Assembly (NCBI GenBank): GCA_010405405.1 | Contig: MU004231.1 | Span: forward strand, 1,999,860-2,063,859 | Direction of reading: 5' to 3' | From: Microthyrium microscopicum | Taxonomy: Eukaryota | DNA: 64,000 bases | Shown: positions 1-11,915 of the stretch, piece by piece | How the letters are laid out: each line of letters opens with the position of its first letter | Position numbering within the stretch: position 1 is the first letter of the stretch | Made by a program: the position numbers and the translations under genes | Notes under the pieces: model-generated | Database searches by the model: none | What the model was told of the DNA's origin: nothing | What the model saw: only the letters and a program-made list of their open reading frames with translations

Positions 1-322
1 CTTTATAACTTTATAACTAATAGAGCTATACTAAATCTAAGACTAGATCTAGATTCCTTAAATTTAGAGCTATAAAAAAGTATATTATATAAGTTTAATA
101 TTACATAACTAGTATCTTAGCAAGTACTCTAGTATACTCTAATATTACTATACTAAACTTAAGTATTAATTAATTACTACTAGTACTAACTCGTTCTAAA
201 AAAATTCAATATTAGTACTAGTACTAGACTAGTTAGATTATTTAAAATACTAGACTACTAGTACTTGAGTACTAGTATACTATACTAGACTAGTTTTAGT
301 ACTAACTCGAGTGCCAACACTA
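1..322. mobile_element. Terminal part of a RIP-degenerated repeat, probably the end of a hAT-type DNA transposon extending beyond the window
   Basis: Extremely AT- and TpA-rich, with CpA/TpG depleted (RIP signature). Short TAGTACTAG/ACTCGAGT-like motifs recur. Composition switches abruptly to normal after ...GCCAACACTA (322), whose reverse complement TAGTGTTGG resembles the TAGTG start of the hAT element at 16791. Confidence 0.6.
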
Positions 323-2758
323 GTTCATCACGACTTTTTCCTAGGAAATTCTTGGCTTGGTCACTGGCGGTTGTGATTGATTCGCTTGGATTTGACAGCT
401 TCAAGCGCGGCCGCTGCTATTGGCTATAAGCAGTTTGGCTCCACTCCAACTGAAAGGTTCTGTCACATTGTTCTCCTGGTCACAACTTTGGATGGGTGAG
501 GGGTTTGCAATACCGCAGAGTCAGGGTGGCCAGCAGAAAGCTCAGGGGCACACAGATATCGAACAACATCAAGATGAAGGGATACTTTTATTTCGCAGCA
601 GAGTAGCATTGTTTGGTTGGAAACTTGCGCAGACTGAAGCAGAAAAGGGGTTTGAAAATAAACGCGGCAAAGATTGGCTGGCGGCTCTCCGCGCTTGTTG
701 GCCTGAAACGCAGCCACCAAGGAACGCCTCAAACGGCGATCAAAGAGTGGACCAAAGCAACTTAAAGGCATACATATCGCATCAGGAGGAATGTGTGCTT
801 CGGTCTAAAGTATCCAGTGCTTCTTCAGACTCATGCCGCCTGACTGCACTGTGTAGTTAGTGAGTTTTGACTACTCTTCCAGGCCCCTTGAATGCTCTGG
901 TCATCTTATGCTTGTTTTACGACAGGATAAGAGGTCTTCGAACAATTAGATGCATGCTTTGAATATGTGATGAAAGGACAGAAGCGTTTGATCGCAATGC
1001 GGTGCTTCCATGCAAAAGCGCATCAATCTTTATTCGCCTTGAAACACCGCTTTTGAAGCATTCGAAAGCGACACTGAGTTTTCCTAGTCTACAAACACCA
1101 GAAAGGTAGCTATTTTCCTGATCAGACATTGGGCGCTAACATCTGCACGCCAAGCACATCCATCAACTTCCTGGCGGGCGATCTCAACGAATCTAAAGAT
1201 GCCCGAGAAGTCGCTGGCTCGGCAATTCAGATTGCCAGGTGGCTTTCAGAGTCTCAGACCATACATGTCAACTCCATATCATTATTTCCTTGGACTTGGT
1301 ATACTGCTCGCAATGAGACGCTGGAAGATGAAGTGAACTCCAAGAGCTGGGATTAACTTTGGTCAGGGCCAGGAACCCCAGCTAGATTTGTATCCCAGAG
1401 CTCCCAAGTGCCATCAATTCGGTATGCTCTAGCAGGGTAAAGGGTAGCACTATACATCAACCCAGATCCGCTCGATCATGGGGTGCCTGTCGTATCACAA
1501 TCAGATGTGATGGTAACAACTCTTTCTGCAGATTCAATACGAATGAAGCAGTCCGAACATGCAAGCGACGATGTCACGACAGGGACAATTCTTCTCGCTG
1601 ATATCTAGCTCACCGCTTCGGATGGACACGGCGATGGTTCAATGAAGTAAACATCACAACTCTTGATAGTCAGCTGGCTTGTGCGGAGAGAGCGATTAAG
1701 CATACCGGTACCTCTTAGTTTGACGAGACACCAGCCTCAATTCCATGTACTTGGATCTTTGTTCAATGTTTTTTCTCTGTGTGATCATTCGATTGACAAA
1801 TGCAGACATGGTCGAGTACCTTGAATGTGATTTGAAACGGTTCCTTGGACGGCCAGCCAACTTTTCAAGTGTGACAATTCTTCCAAAACTACCCAGGTAC
1901 AACTAATAACATCATCCCGTTGCGTAGCGGATTGCTTAAATGCTGATGCAAGAGACCAGGAGGAAGGGTTGCGTCAATTTGCAGGGTTTGCTCTTCGATG
2001 TTGTGCTTTTGTCACTTGCAATGATATTGTTTTCCAACCAGATACTGAAATATGTGGCTTATTGGCATCTTCAAGGAATGAAGTTGAAGCTTTAGAAGCC
2101 ACAATGAGGTGGTGAAACAATTCAACCCACAAAGCCATAGCGAAGAGACCCATTTGTGTGGCCATCGATCGGGACATCAAAGTGGCCTGCTTTAGGACGT
2201 ACCGAGGGCGTCGTCAATGCGATCCAACGCGGCGGAGCCGCACGTTTTAGATACCCGCTCTTTCGCAATCGATAAAGTGTGTTTGAGCCACGCGGTAGAA
2301 TATTTAGTCTCATGAAGGAACCAGCAGGCGCATTTCGGCGAGGTAGTCGAAACCCAAGAATCTTTGCGAAACCAGCCCTTTAAAAACTACGCGCATACAA
2401 TTACTTAGGCACGTTGACGGTGACTTTTTCCCAAGAGTTGATTTCTCAGCGGGTGGTTCACGTTAATCATCACGGTAGCACGTTTTTGCGTTTCAATCCT
2501 TGAGAACTCGAAGCTTTTACAAGTCAGTGGGCGATGACTTCCCACCAAATGAATGGCAAAACATCGAACACTGCCATAGGCTACGATATGCTGCATCAGC
2601 TGCAATCAAATGAAGGTTGTTATTCGCGGTATAGGGCGTGCAGATTTGGATGCCGAAGTAGCTTATTGAATGTGATGGGAATTATCGCATCCTCTGGTTT
2701 GAAGAGGTGATGGCAGCCATCATCGTCAATGGAAAATGCCTTTTATTCGTTTCGCTAT

Positions 2759-3826
2759 TCAGTTACCTACTTGCACGTCTGTTATTCTTTGGATATTCAT
2801 TACAATGATATCCCAAACCTTCTTGCCAGTCCCGCTTGACCTGTGCAAAGCCAATACCTCCTCTACTTTTGGGGGCGAGCTGTTGTTCTTATTGTCCAAC
2901 GTATAAACCCCGCTACCTGTCTTTCCATCGCTTCCTCTAGCTACCGCTAGATCCTCTTCCAGTGGCACACCGTCGTTGGCCTGGACTTCTCGAGGGGGAT
3001 ACATGGCGCTTGTAGCCAGAAAAGCGTGCCGTTCTCCACAATCAGTGGGTGGAGTATATATGAGGGGGCCAAGAAAGCTGACCACAGCGTTCATGATAGA
3101 GATACTGAGTCCTTCGGCATCTCGAGTGATGCCAGTCTTGACAATGCCAGGAACATTGTGAACAAAGCTAACAGTAGGGGCTTTTCGGGCGAACTGTTCC
3201 AGAAGCAGTGTCATACACGCAGCCGCCTGGTCTCGCCACTTCCTCAGAGCAAAGTCTCGACCAAGTATATTACTCGTGTCGATCTCGCCCTCGCATGTTG
3301 CGGCACCAACACTAACCACGCGGCGAAGGTCATGGGCGTTTTGAAGAAGTGGCAGAAGGTTTATGATGAATCGAAGCCGCGAGTACAGAGCAAGAGCTCC
3401 AGCAAGTGGTAGCCCTTCTCTCGTTTCTGCAGAGTGTATTAGTAGAATAGTAATGAAGTTGATGTCATGCATACCTTTCTTGAATGCCATTGTGCTTTGG
3501 CTTTGGAAGAGTATATTGATTGCTGTCTCCTTGGATTTAATTTGCTGACACACATCATCCACATTTTTCAGCAGACTAATATCAGATTTGATGAATATAA
3601 ATGTCCCAGCTGAGTTGAGCTGCTTGCATTCCGCAATGATTTGGACTGCTGCTTCTTCCGATCGACCTACAAGGTAAATTCGAGGGTTGGCTGAATATTT
3701 AGCAAGCAGTGTCAACGTGTATTTGCCAACGCCACTGGTTCCTCCAATGAAAACTGCAACTAAGCCGCCAGGGAACGTGGAGGTAATGCGTTCATTGGAC
3801 GCGACAACTTGATGGAGGGCGACCAT
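2759..3826 (-). CDS. Short-chain dehydrogenase/reductase (fungal oxidoreductase)
   Basis: Rossmann motif VAVFIGGTSGVG. One in-frame 48-nt intron at 3427-3474 (GTATGC...CTAAT...CAG) that the ORF track reads through. Confidence 0.9.
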   Translation of the reverse strand: MVALHQVVASNERITSTFPGGLVAVFIGGTSGVGKYTLTLLAKYSANPRIYLVGRSEEAAVQIIAECKQLNSAGTFIFIKSDISLLKNVDDVCQQIKSKETAINILFQSQSTMAFKKGMHDINFITILLIHSAETREGLPLAGALALYSRLRFIINLLPLLQNAHDLRRVVSVGAATCEGEIDTSNILGRDFALRKWRDQAAACMTLLLEQFARKAPTVSFVHNVPGIVKTGITRDAEGLSISIMNAVVSFLGPLIYTPPTDCGERHAFLATSAMYPPREVQANDGVPLEEDLAVARGSDGKTGSGVYTLDNKNNSSPPKVEEVLALHRSSGTGKKVWDIIVMNIQRITDVQVGN

Positions 3827-4161
3827 TGTGGAATCTTGTTTAAATGGAAGGAAGGCTTTGTAAAGATATTGGAATGTGATGTCGAAGCGACAAGCCCAAA
3901 GTTATGTCTTGGGTAACCTCTTGTAAGCATTTTATATCGATTGCTTGTACTGAGCTAAACCGCACTGGGCGATACGAGATCTTTGAATGAAGGTTTTGAG
4001 GGCCCCATATGTGATTCGGCAATATTCGTCCCGTTTGTCGAGCTAAACCAGATCTAGCGTTACGAGATTGCCAGTCGAGCCTTATCATACCCGCTTCTGT
4101 GCTTGGTGGAATACCTGTCACGATCGTGTTGGAATCGTTAACCATTTCCTTGAGTTCCGGG

Positions 4162-5445
4162 TTATCTCGCTAAGCATGCTTTCACAATTGTTTCCGATGC
4201 CGTTACTCTCTTATGCACCCACCAGTATTGGTCTGACCGAAGTAAGAATGTAATAGCATGATAGAAATGATAAAGCAGCAGCAGAGCATACGGTTCGCTT
4301 TGGTGGACCATGGCTGCAAAAGGTTCACCACAAGTAAGCGGAAAGGAAGTGATATATCGAATACACTGGGATGAGACTAATCCTGTGGCAGTTGTCGTAG
4401 CATCCGGAGAAAAGGACAGTATAAGGCAAATGTGGTTGATGACAGATGAATATACAGCTATGTCGCCTCCAAAAATTTCCAGGAGATCGATGTGCGAAGC
4501 ATCTGTGGCGCATGGCAAATCCCGGCGCATCATTCTTGTCATAGAAAATTCTTTTGAGAAGGATCTTTGACGTTTTGAGACCTCGACATTTGATCTCTGC
4601 GCTGATGCGGCGAGATCGACAGTATGGTTGTGTTGGATTGTTTTCAATAACACTGAGGACTGCTTTGAGAGCAATGGACTATTTCTCAAGAACAGGTCTT
4701 TCAGGCTTCGATTGAAGGTAAAAAGATGCTCTCCAGACGGATCGAATACGCCATCTCTGGCCAAATCGGTGTTGGTCCAGATCTCGAATTGGAACAGAAT
4801 TGAGGTGGCTATGAATGCGTCAGGATGTGTCAGGCCTGGTGTTTTTGACAATTCCTCGCGAAGCTGAGCTATAGCCCTGCATAGAAGACTAGTTGCCGTA
4901 ACGGAGTAAGTTGTATCTTTCGGCTGCAAGAATGCAAGATGTCGCGCGGACAAGCTTAGAACAGCGTTTTTCAGGAAGTCATACTTAAAGCAAAGCTGCA
5001 ATGCATTTGCCCATACATCGGCGGAGAATATGAGTGTATTTTGAGCATGTTTTTCAAAATGATGAAATAGGTGATCGTTCAGCGAATTCATCGCAGTATT
5101 TTGGGATCCGGAGACTTCTGTCATTGGCCAAACAAGCACGTCTTCTTTCATTTCCAGGGGTCGATGGCATTTTTTATTCCTTCGAATGCAGGTTTTACAA
5201 GGTCCTCCTTCATTGCACTAATCAAGGTCATTACACACACTACTCTGGAGTAAGCCTAAGGGTGGATTCACCTTTACGCGTCGTTTTCGGCAGTTAACGC
5301 ATCCATATCTAGACTTACGATGAGCCTTCCGTTGCCTCGAAGGATCAATGGCCTTCGGAACCTCGGCGAGGACCACGCCAGAGCCAGATTCCGATGCTGA
5401 GAGGATGAACGTATTGGTGAAATCCGCTAGAGAGCCGGGCTTCAT
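4162..5445 (-). CDS. Zn(II)2Cys6 fungal transcription factor (Upc2-like architecture)
   Basis: Removing intron 5218-5271 gives HRKSRYGCVNCRKRRVK|CNEGGPCKTCIRRNKKC, a complete six-Cys cluster, in frame with ORF 4162-5151. That ORF carries a fungal TF middle region (FLKNAVLSLSARHLA). Confidence 0.92.
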
Positions 5446-6191
5446 CTTGGTGAATGGGGCCTAACGCAAAAGATCCATAAATGTGAGAGAGGTCGTATTT
5501 CCATTTTGGACGCACCTCTCAAGCTCACCACTTTAAGCAATTTCTGAAAGAAATATTGCAAGCTGCAAGTCGGGAGTAGTGATTGGAGTTAAGAGGTTAC
5601 CTCCTGCATTCCTCCGAAGAAGCTTCTCCCATTGATGGCGCTAAGCCTGTTACAGCTATACGAGATCTCCAACGTCAAAGATCGACGGATCTTCTCTGAC
5701 GTGAGACGGTGAGACTACCGGTAAGCAAGATTGATCAAATGCCTCGAATCTGCGTCCCATAATTGCCATCAATTCAATTGAATCACGCCTTGGTCACAAA
5801 AAGGGACGACCCCGGTACAATGGGCACCCAGGATTCCTACCACCTGTTGTCCACATTATTTAGAGATCAACATTGCCGATGAGTCTGGCTAAAAGGGACC
5901 ACCAGAAGGTCTTTAGCTCTAGTGTACGAAACTCAAGGTCCGTACCGGTATGAGGGGAAGAAGACAGCAGTCAAGAGTCATCCGGCCGCAGAGCTCTGAG
6001 CTTAGGACGTACGACGTAGAACAAGAGGCGTTCCAGGTATTTAAGGTCGACTGTGACGACCATGCAGTAAAGAATGGATCAAGGTCAGCTCGGGATCGGC
6101 GACTTATAAAACCTTGTAGACTTGTGCTTTCACCTTGGGAAAATAAAGACGATTGAATTCGACAACTCTCTTAAAGACATCAACAAACATC

Positions 6192-7655
6192 ATGGCGACC
6201 ATTTGGGCGCTGAGACTAGTAACCATCATCACTTTCTGCGCTGCGTATGTTGCAGGACAACAGGCTGCTCAGCAAGCACTTGTTCCTCAGACAAATACAT
6301 TCAACTCATCATATAGACTTACAGGCAGCGAAAAAGCGCTCATAAACTTAACTTCAGCTGATATACAAAATTTGGAGGTTGCCGTCAATTTCGAACGATC
6401 GAACTGGGCAACAAGCTCAGTATTTCAAGACCCATTCTACTCTGAATTACCTCCCAATACCACCAACGCCAAACCAGGATCTACTTTGAAAGTCGAAACT
6501 ACCGTGAACACGACTTTATATACTTTACCCCCAGCAACGGCACTCTCGAGAATTGTGTTCATGAGCGAGACCTTGAACAGCACTGCCGTTCCAGCATCAG
6601 CGTACATTCTCTGGCCGTATTTGCCTAGGTCCTACGAAAATGGCACCATTCCTCTCATTGGATGGGCACATGGCAACTCCGGAAATTTCGCAGAATGTGC
6701 TCCTTCTCACATTCGGAACCTATGGTATCAATTCTCGGCTCCATACACCATGGTATTAGAAGGATATGCAGTAGTTGGCATCGATTACGCAGGCCTTGGC
6801 GTACATTCATCAGCATCAGGACAGAACATTACCTTCCAGACTGCTGTCAATGCGGCAGGAGCGAACGATCTATTCTATGCGGTAGAAGCAGCTCAAAGAG
6901 CCTTCCCCAAGCTAAGCAAATCTTTCGTACTGGCTGGGCATAGTCTAGGTGGAGGAGTTGCATGGGGAGCTGCAGAAAGACAAGCTATCCGACCAGTTCC
7001 TGGGTACCTTGGAGCAGTGGCAGGAAGTCCCTCGACGAATATCTCGAGCAGTGCTATCCGTAGCGGGATAATACCATTCGGCGGATTGGAAATTGCTGAC
7101 TCAGTCAAGAGCATTTTCCCTGACTTCAATACTTCAATACTTCTCACAAAAGCAGGCAGCGCTTTTCTAACACTGGCCAGAACTTTACAAGGATGCAACA
7201 GTGTTATCAACGAAATTGTAAATGCAGCTGTTGCAAGCGGCACAGTCTTGTCACCGATGGACTATCTTTCAGATCCTACGGTCCAAGCCTGGCAGAAGAT
7301 TGGCGGCTCGGGAGGCAAGAATATAACGGGTCCGTTGTTAGTCCTCCAGGGAGTTGCAGATGCTACAGTGTCAGAGATCGATACTACAATTGCAGTGAAC
7401 CAGACGGTCCTCGCGTACCCAAAGGCAAGCATCGAGTATCTCAGGTTTGAAGGCGTCGATCATGTCCCAGTCATGTATGCAAGTCAGAGATTATGGCTTG
7501 ACTGGATTGCGGCCAGATTCGCTCACAAATCAGCAAAGAGCGGGTATTCAGCAACCACATATGGTACAGGCAACGCGGTCATGCCGTTGTCTGCATATCA
7601 AGGAAACTTGAACTATTTCCTGGAGTACGCCACAGCACCGTATGAGGTTGCCTAG
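6192..7655 (+). CDS. Secreted lipase / alpha-beta hydrolase (secretory lipase LIP-like)
   Basis: Signal peptide MATIWALRLVTIITFCAAYVAG, WAHG...CAPS, DYAGLG, nucleophile motif GHSLG, LVLQGVADATV and GVDH. Many N-glycosylation sequons. Confidence 0.9.
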   Translation: MATIWALRLVTIITFCAAYVAGQQAAQQALVPQTNTFNSSYRLTGSEKALINLTSADIQNLEVAVNFERSNWATSSVFQDPFYSELPPNTTNAKPGSTLKVETTVNTTLYTLPPATALSRIVFMSETLNSTAVPASAYILWPYLPRSYENGTIPLIGWAHGNSGNFAECAPSHIRNLWYQFSAPYTMVLEGYAVVGIDYAGLGVHSSASGQNITFQTAVNAAGANDLFYAVEAAQRAFPKLSKSFVLAGHSLGGGVAWGAAERQAIRPVPGYLGAVAGSPSTNISSSAIRSGIIPFGGLEIADSVKSIFPDFNTSILLTKAGSAFLTLARTLQGCNSVINEIVNAAVASGTVLSPMDYLSDPTVQAWQKIGGSGGKNITGPLLVLQGVADATVSEIDTTIAVNQTVLAYPKASIEYLRFEGVDHVPVMYASQRLWLDWIAARFAHKSAKSGYSATTYGTGNAVMPLSAYQGNLNYFLEYATAPYEVA

Positions 7656-8286
7656 AGTCTTGACAACGGAACTCCATAGAATTCACCCCCAATATACTCG
7701 CTTGGGATATTACGCAAATACCTCTTCAATAGCTGATTGAACTCTTGTACATACGATGAACACTTCCCTCTACTTATTATTTCTTCGTAGTCAACAAATG
7801 GGATTCGCAAAACCGTTATTTCCCACTGCTGGTGGTCGGCTTGCTGGGACTGACTCAGAAATTCGATCATGCAATGCCAAAATTAAACAGGTTCATACCT
7901 AAACCGGCTAGGCGCTAGCCCACGATTGGTATTTTGCTTCACGATGCATGATAGCGCCTTTCGAAGGATTCCACAAGCTCTGTTGGATCAAAATATCCAT
8001 TGCTGAAGACATATCACCGCTTATGCGTTGGATGTCATTGGCAGCTGGAGAATTCGACAACTGGGAATCTGCAATAGCTCACTCCATCACAGCGCCTTCA
8101 TCTTTCAGCCATCAAAATCGGGGGTTATGGAGACTACATTGAGGCAAAACTCTAAAATCTAACAAATGAGCGATGCCAAACCAAGGCTCAGTTGGACCCG
8201 AAGTCAATGGCGACTATCCCAACAATCAGATTTTCCAACCTAGCGCCTGAGCGGTATTCTGAACTCGGGTCCAAAGTTGTGGGTGG

Positions 8287-8294
8287 TATAAATA
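8287..8294 (+). promoter_or_regulatory. TATA box upstream of the small secreted peptide precursor gene
   Basis: TATAAATA about 95 bp upstream of ATG 8383. Confidence 0.5.
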
Positions 8295-8382
8295 TGATGC
8301 AGGCACTTGGGTTTTTCGTCCAAGTCCAAACTCTATTTTTTTAAACTCATCCCTTTTACCTACCACTAAAGTCACTGATATC

Positions 8383-8738
8383 ATGTATTGTCTCAACATC
8401 CCTATTGTTTCCATGGCCTTTCTTGCTGCCGTGGCAGCTGCCGTACCCGTCATGTCCGGCTTGACAGCAAAGCGAGATGGTTATCCACTCAGCGTGGAGA
8501 AGCGTCAAGGGATTTTCGTAAAGTCCTCTGGTAGAGCATGTGGTACATGGGGGTTTGCTAATGGACCTTTCTAGTCTGCAGGAAACATGAACAGCTGGCT
8601 CGAGGCGAATGAGCGCCGAGACATACATGTAAGCTTTTGTCCATTTTGCTTTGACAAAAAATCATCTCATTAATTTGCAAGGAGAAACGCGATCCGATCA
8701 ATCCTACCATTGAACATATGCTTGAGCAAATTGAGTAA
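8383..8738 (+). CDS. Small secreted protein (81 aa) with multiple dibasic Kex2-type sites, a putative peptide precursor
   Basis: Exons 8383-8517, 8575-8628 and 8682-8738. Introns GTAAAG...GCTAAT...CTAG and GTAAGC...TTAAT...AAG, both phase 0. Product MYCLNIPIVSMAFLAAVAAAVPVMSGLTAKRDGYPLSVEKRQGIFSAGNMNSWLEANERRDIHEKRDPINPTIEHMLEQIE. Confidence 0.75.
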
Positions 8739-9153
8739 TCTGCAAACCCGCAACGGCACTGGAGAACAAGGGGGCCGTCAGGAAATGGAGAGATCATGCG
8801 AAATTGATATATATAATGCATTCATTATTCGTAAACATAAACACCAAGAAGTATTCCATACATTCTAAATTGTCAAACAGCCGTGATAAAAGGAAACGCC
8901 ATTGCTAGCCACCACAATGCCGCTTTATATTTGTGCCCAGCATAACGCCCAAATATCTGCCTATACGTAGATTGCCGCATATATCAAAGTTGGAAAAGCA
9001 CTTCAAGACAGTGCCGCCATAGCAATACCAACGACCTTTGGATTTGGCGGTGGTCGTGAACGGGAGCGATATCGAACTGAAAAAGAAACAACCGTCAGTC
9101 GACAATTCGCTTTATCGCTGGGGAAGTGCTCGAAACATCGCAAGGCTGTGAAC

Positions 9154-10650
9154 CTAATGCGCGCTCCGAACCAAAGCCATCCTACCTCTTCGGTTCCGTT
9201 CTACTCGGTAAATCTCCTTCTTGGCACGATCATCTCGCTCAATGATTTCCCAATCGCCATCACGTAGACGGTCTGCTGCGGCGAGACGGTATTCGCCTGC
9301 GCGTTCAAGCTTGAGTGCTTGACGCTCTGCTTCGAGAGCTTTGATTTCGCGGCGGATCTCGCGCTCGCTGAGTGGGCGGGGTACCATGACGGCGAGATCT
9401 TGGTGGCGGTGGTGATGATCTGGTGGGTCGATGATGGTTGTTGTGGTTGTTTTCTTTACAAGCTCGGTTGATGCGACTGGTGCTGCAGGTGGTGGTGGAG
9501 GAGCGCCGTGGCCGTGAGCTGCTGGAGGCGGTGGTGGAGCACCACCTTCTTTCTTTTCTTCCTTCTTCTCTTCTTTCTTGTCGTCGATTTTGATTTTTTC
9601 TTCCACTTTGGTGCCGTCTGGTTTGGTCTCCTTGATCTTCACTTCTTCTTTCTTTTCTTCCTTCTTATCATCCTTCTTCTCTTCTTTCTTTTCTTTTGGT
9701 GGATCACCTTTGCCCTCGTATTTATATGTTACCGATTTATCTAATGATTATCAGTGTGAGGCATGACATACGTTTTGAAATGTAACAAACCTTCTCGATA
9801 CTTCTTGCTGGTTTCAACAATCTTGTCAATGTGTTCCTTATCTAATGCCCTCTGGACCATGATGAATTCACCCTGCATATGTTAGAATGTTTGGTGGAAT
9901 TTCTGCAGGCGAACTTACTTCTTCCACAAAGGGATAGCCAAGTTCGATAATGGCACTCTTGTGAGCGAGCTTTTTTGGCATCTTAGTTCGGCCTTTGCGA
10001 CCAATAACAGAGCCCTTGTTCACTTCTTCAAAGCTTTCCTCGCTTGAGAATGAATCGCCTCGCCGCCGCATTACAGATCGTGATCGCATGCGGCTCTTGC
10101 TTCGATGATCGCCCCGGCGTTCCTCGCGAATACGCACATCACGATATTCGTCGTCTGAATCCCGATATCGTTCCTCGAATTCTTCGAAATATCGACCTCT
10201 TGGTGGTGAAGCATGTCGTCTGATGGGGAGTGGAATTGGAACTTCTGCTGGCATGCGATACTCATCGCCATATCTCGGCTGAACACGGCCACGATCAAAA
10301 GTGTCGAGCGATGATTGCCTTCGGAGAAATTGTGGTCTCGGTTTCCGATATGGTGCTAATGCTTGGCGTGCAACCTCGGCTGGAATAGGCTCATCGAGAA
10401 AACGTGGTGGTGGGCGAGCAGCAGGAGCATATCTATCTTCCTCGATATATCGCTCCCGCTCCTCGAAACGACCTGGAGGACCACGCATTGAAGGCCGTCT
10501 ATCTTCCATGACCATAGTCTCGGAACGGCGCGGACCCATTTGTTCACGCTCTTCAAAGCGATAGTAGTCTCGTTCTGGTCCTGGCGCTGGACCGCCTCCT
10601 CGAGCGCGCTCAAAGCGGTCACGATCCCATCTGTCAAATCGAGCAGACAT
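9154..10650 (-). CDS. Conserved fungal Arg/Glu-rich protein of unknown function
   Basis: ORFs 9868-10650 and 9154-9642 are joined through two introns (about 9873-9918 and 9743-9790). Conserved-looking blocks RPQFLRRQSSLDTFDR and KGRTKMPKKLAHKSAIIELGYPFVEE, a KEEKK low-complexity tract, and C-terminal RRGRMALVRSAH. Confidence 0.8.
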
Positions 10651-11915
10651 AGTGTTGTAGTTGAGTAGTGTATGCAGATCAGTGCTAAATCCCCGCTCTT
10701 AAGATAGAAACCTTGGAGGCTCACGCTACTTTGATAGGGTGGCAAAAGAGATTGGCTTAGAAAATGAGCAGCAACGAAGTGGACACAAATGGACTTGAAG
10801 AAAACAGGATCAGGCTTGAATTTGAAGAGAGAGAAGGGTCTTCTTGCGTGCTCCTTGGGAGAGTGTGCCAGCGTAGGGCCCGCCTGGTGGGAGGATCTTG
10901 CAAGTGGGAGCACATTGATATTGATGTCGTCAGCGGCGTTTCTACAGACAGGGGTAGTAAGACATCGCGTGGTCACTCAACCAGTAAAAGGAAGGAACAC
11001 CAAGCGGGCGAGCGCAACAGGTTAAGTCTGTCTGCATTCGATATCAAACTGCACCAGTCCTTAACATACAATCCCAGCCTTGAACTCCTTGTCTACGGCA
11101 CCGTGAAGCCCGGCTTGGGCAAAATGCATACATAAACTGGGCTCACGCTGGGCATCCGCCCTACAAGCCTACTCCCGCAACACTGGGTCCTTCCATGCCT
11201 TGAAATGCCTTTTGCTAACCACATGCTCACGATGCCGAAATCTGCAACCTAACTGCCAGTCTTGTCGGGCTGAACATGCAGGGTCTCCCAGGGTCCACTG
11301 AGGGCATGGTGCAAGATCTGGCTGGTGTTGCTGATACGCTTCAGTGTCAGATTCAGACTGTTCCTATTTATTGTCCACCCCACTCGGTTTCAGTACCCCA
11401 GAATCGTACGATGGGTAGCGATATGCCCGACATTGGTTCATCCATCAATCACGACCAACCCGAGGCCTGACTGCCCAATGGAAATCTGGAGGCTGAAAAT
11501 TTAAGATCACCTTCGGGACCTGCCGAGATCTTTGGGTTCGAATGTTGTCTTTTTGCTTCCGATGTGAATTCAGTCTTTCAGGACACTAGAGTAGTCGCAG
11601 TTGATGGTGTAGACCTTTCATGAACCAACGCAGGGCACCAGTGGTCGAAGTTGGTGGTGAACGTCTTCCATGTGGCATGAACCCAATTTAGAGACCAACC
11701 TCGTAGTAAAATTAGTGCCAGCTCATTTCCCGTCTTCCCAACATCCTTTATAGCAATCAGGTCGGCCGGAAGTTCTTAAACAGCTCTGAGCAAGATTATC
11801 CCTGTGGTGCTAGTGCATACCACAAATTATACATCCTGACAAGATCATCTTTGTCAGAACGCATGATGGCATACGTTGGCCTGAGTGTGCTTTGTATCTG
11901 AATGTATGAGCCATG

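Noticed and set aside
330..2700. Short ORFs on both strands next to the RIP tract
   Set aside because: No recognisable motif or consistent exon chain. A decayed gene is possible but I cannot support it.
9540..9700. CTT-rich repetitive tract and Phe-rich plus-strand ORFs
   Set aside because: This is the antisense of the KEEKK low-complexity coding region of the minus-strand gene.
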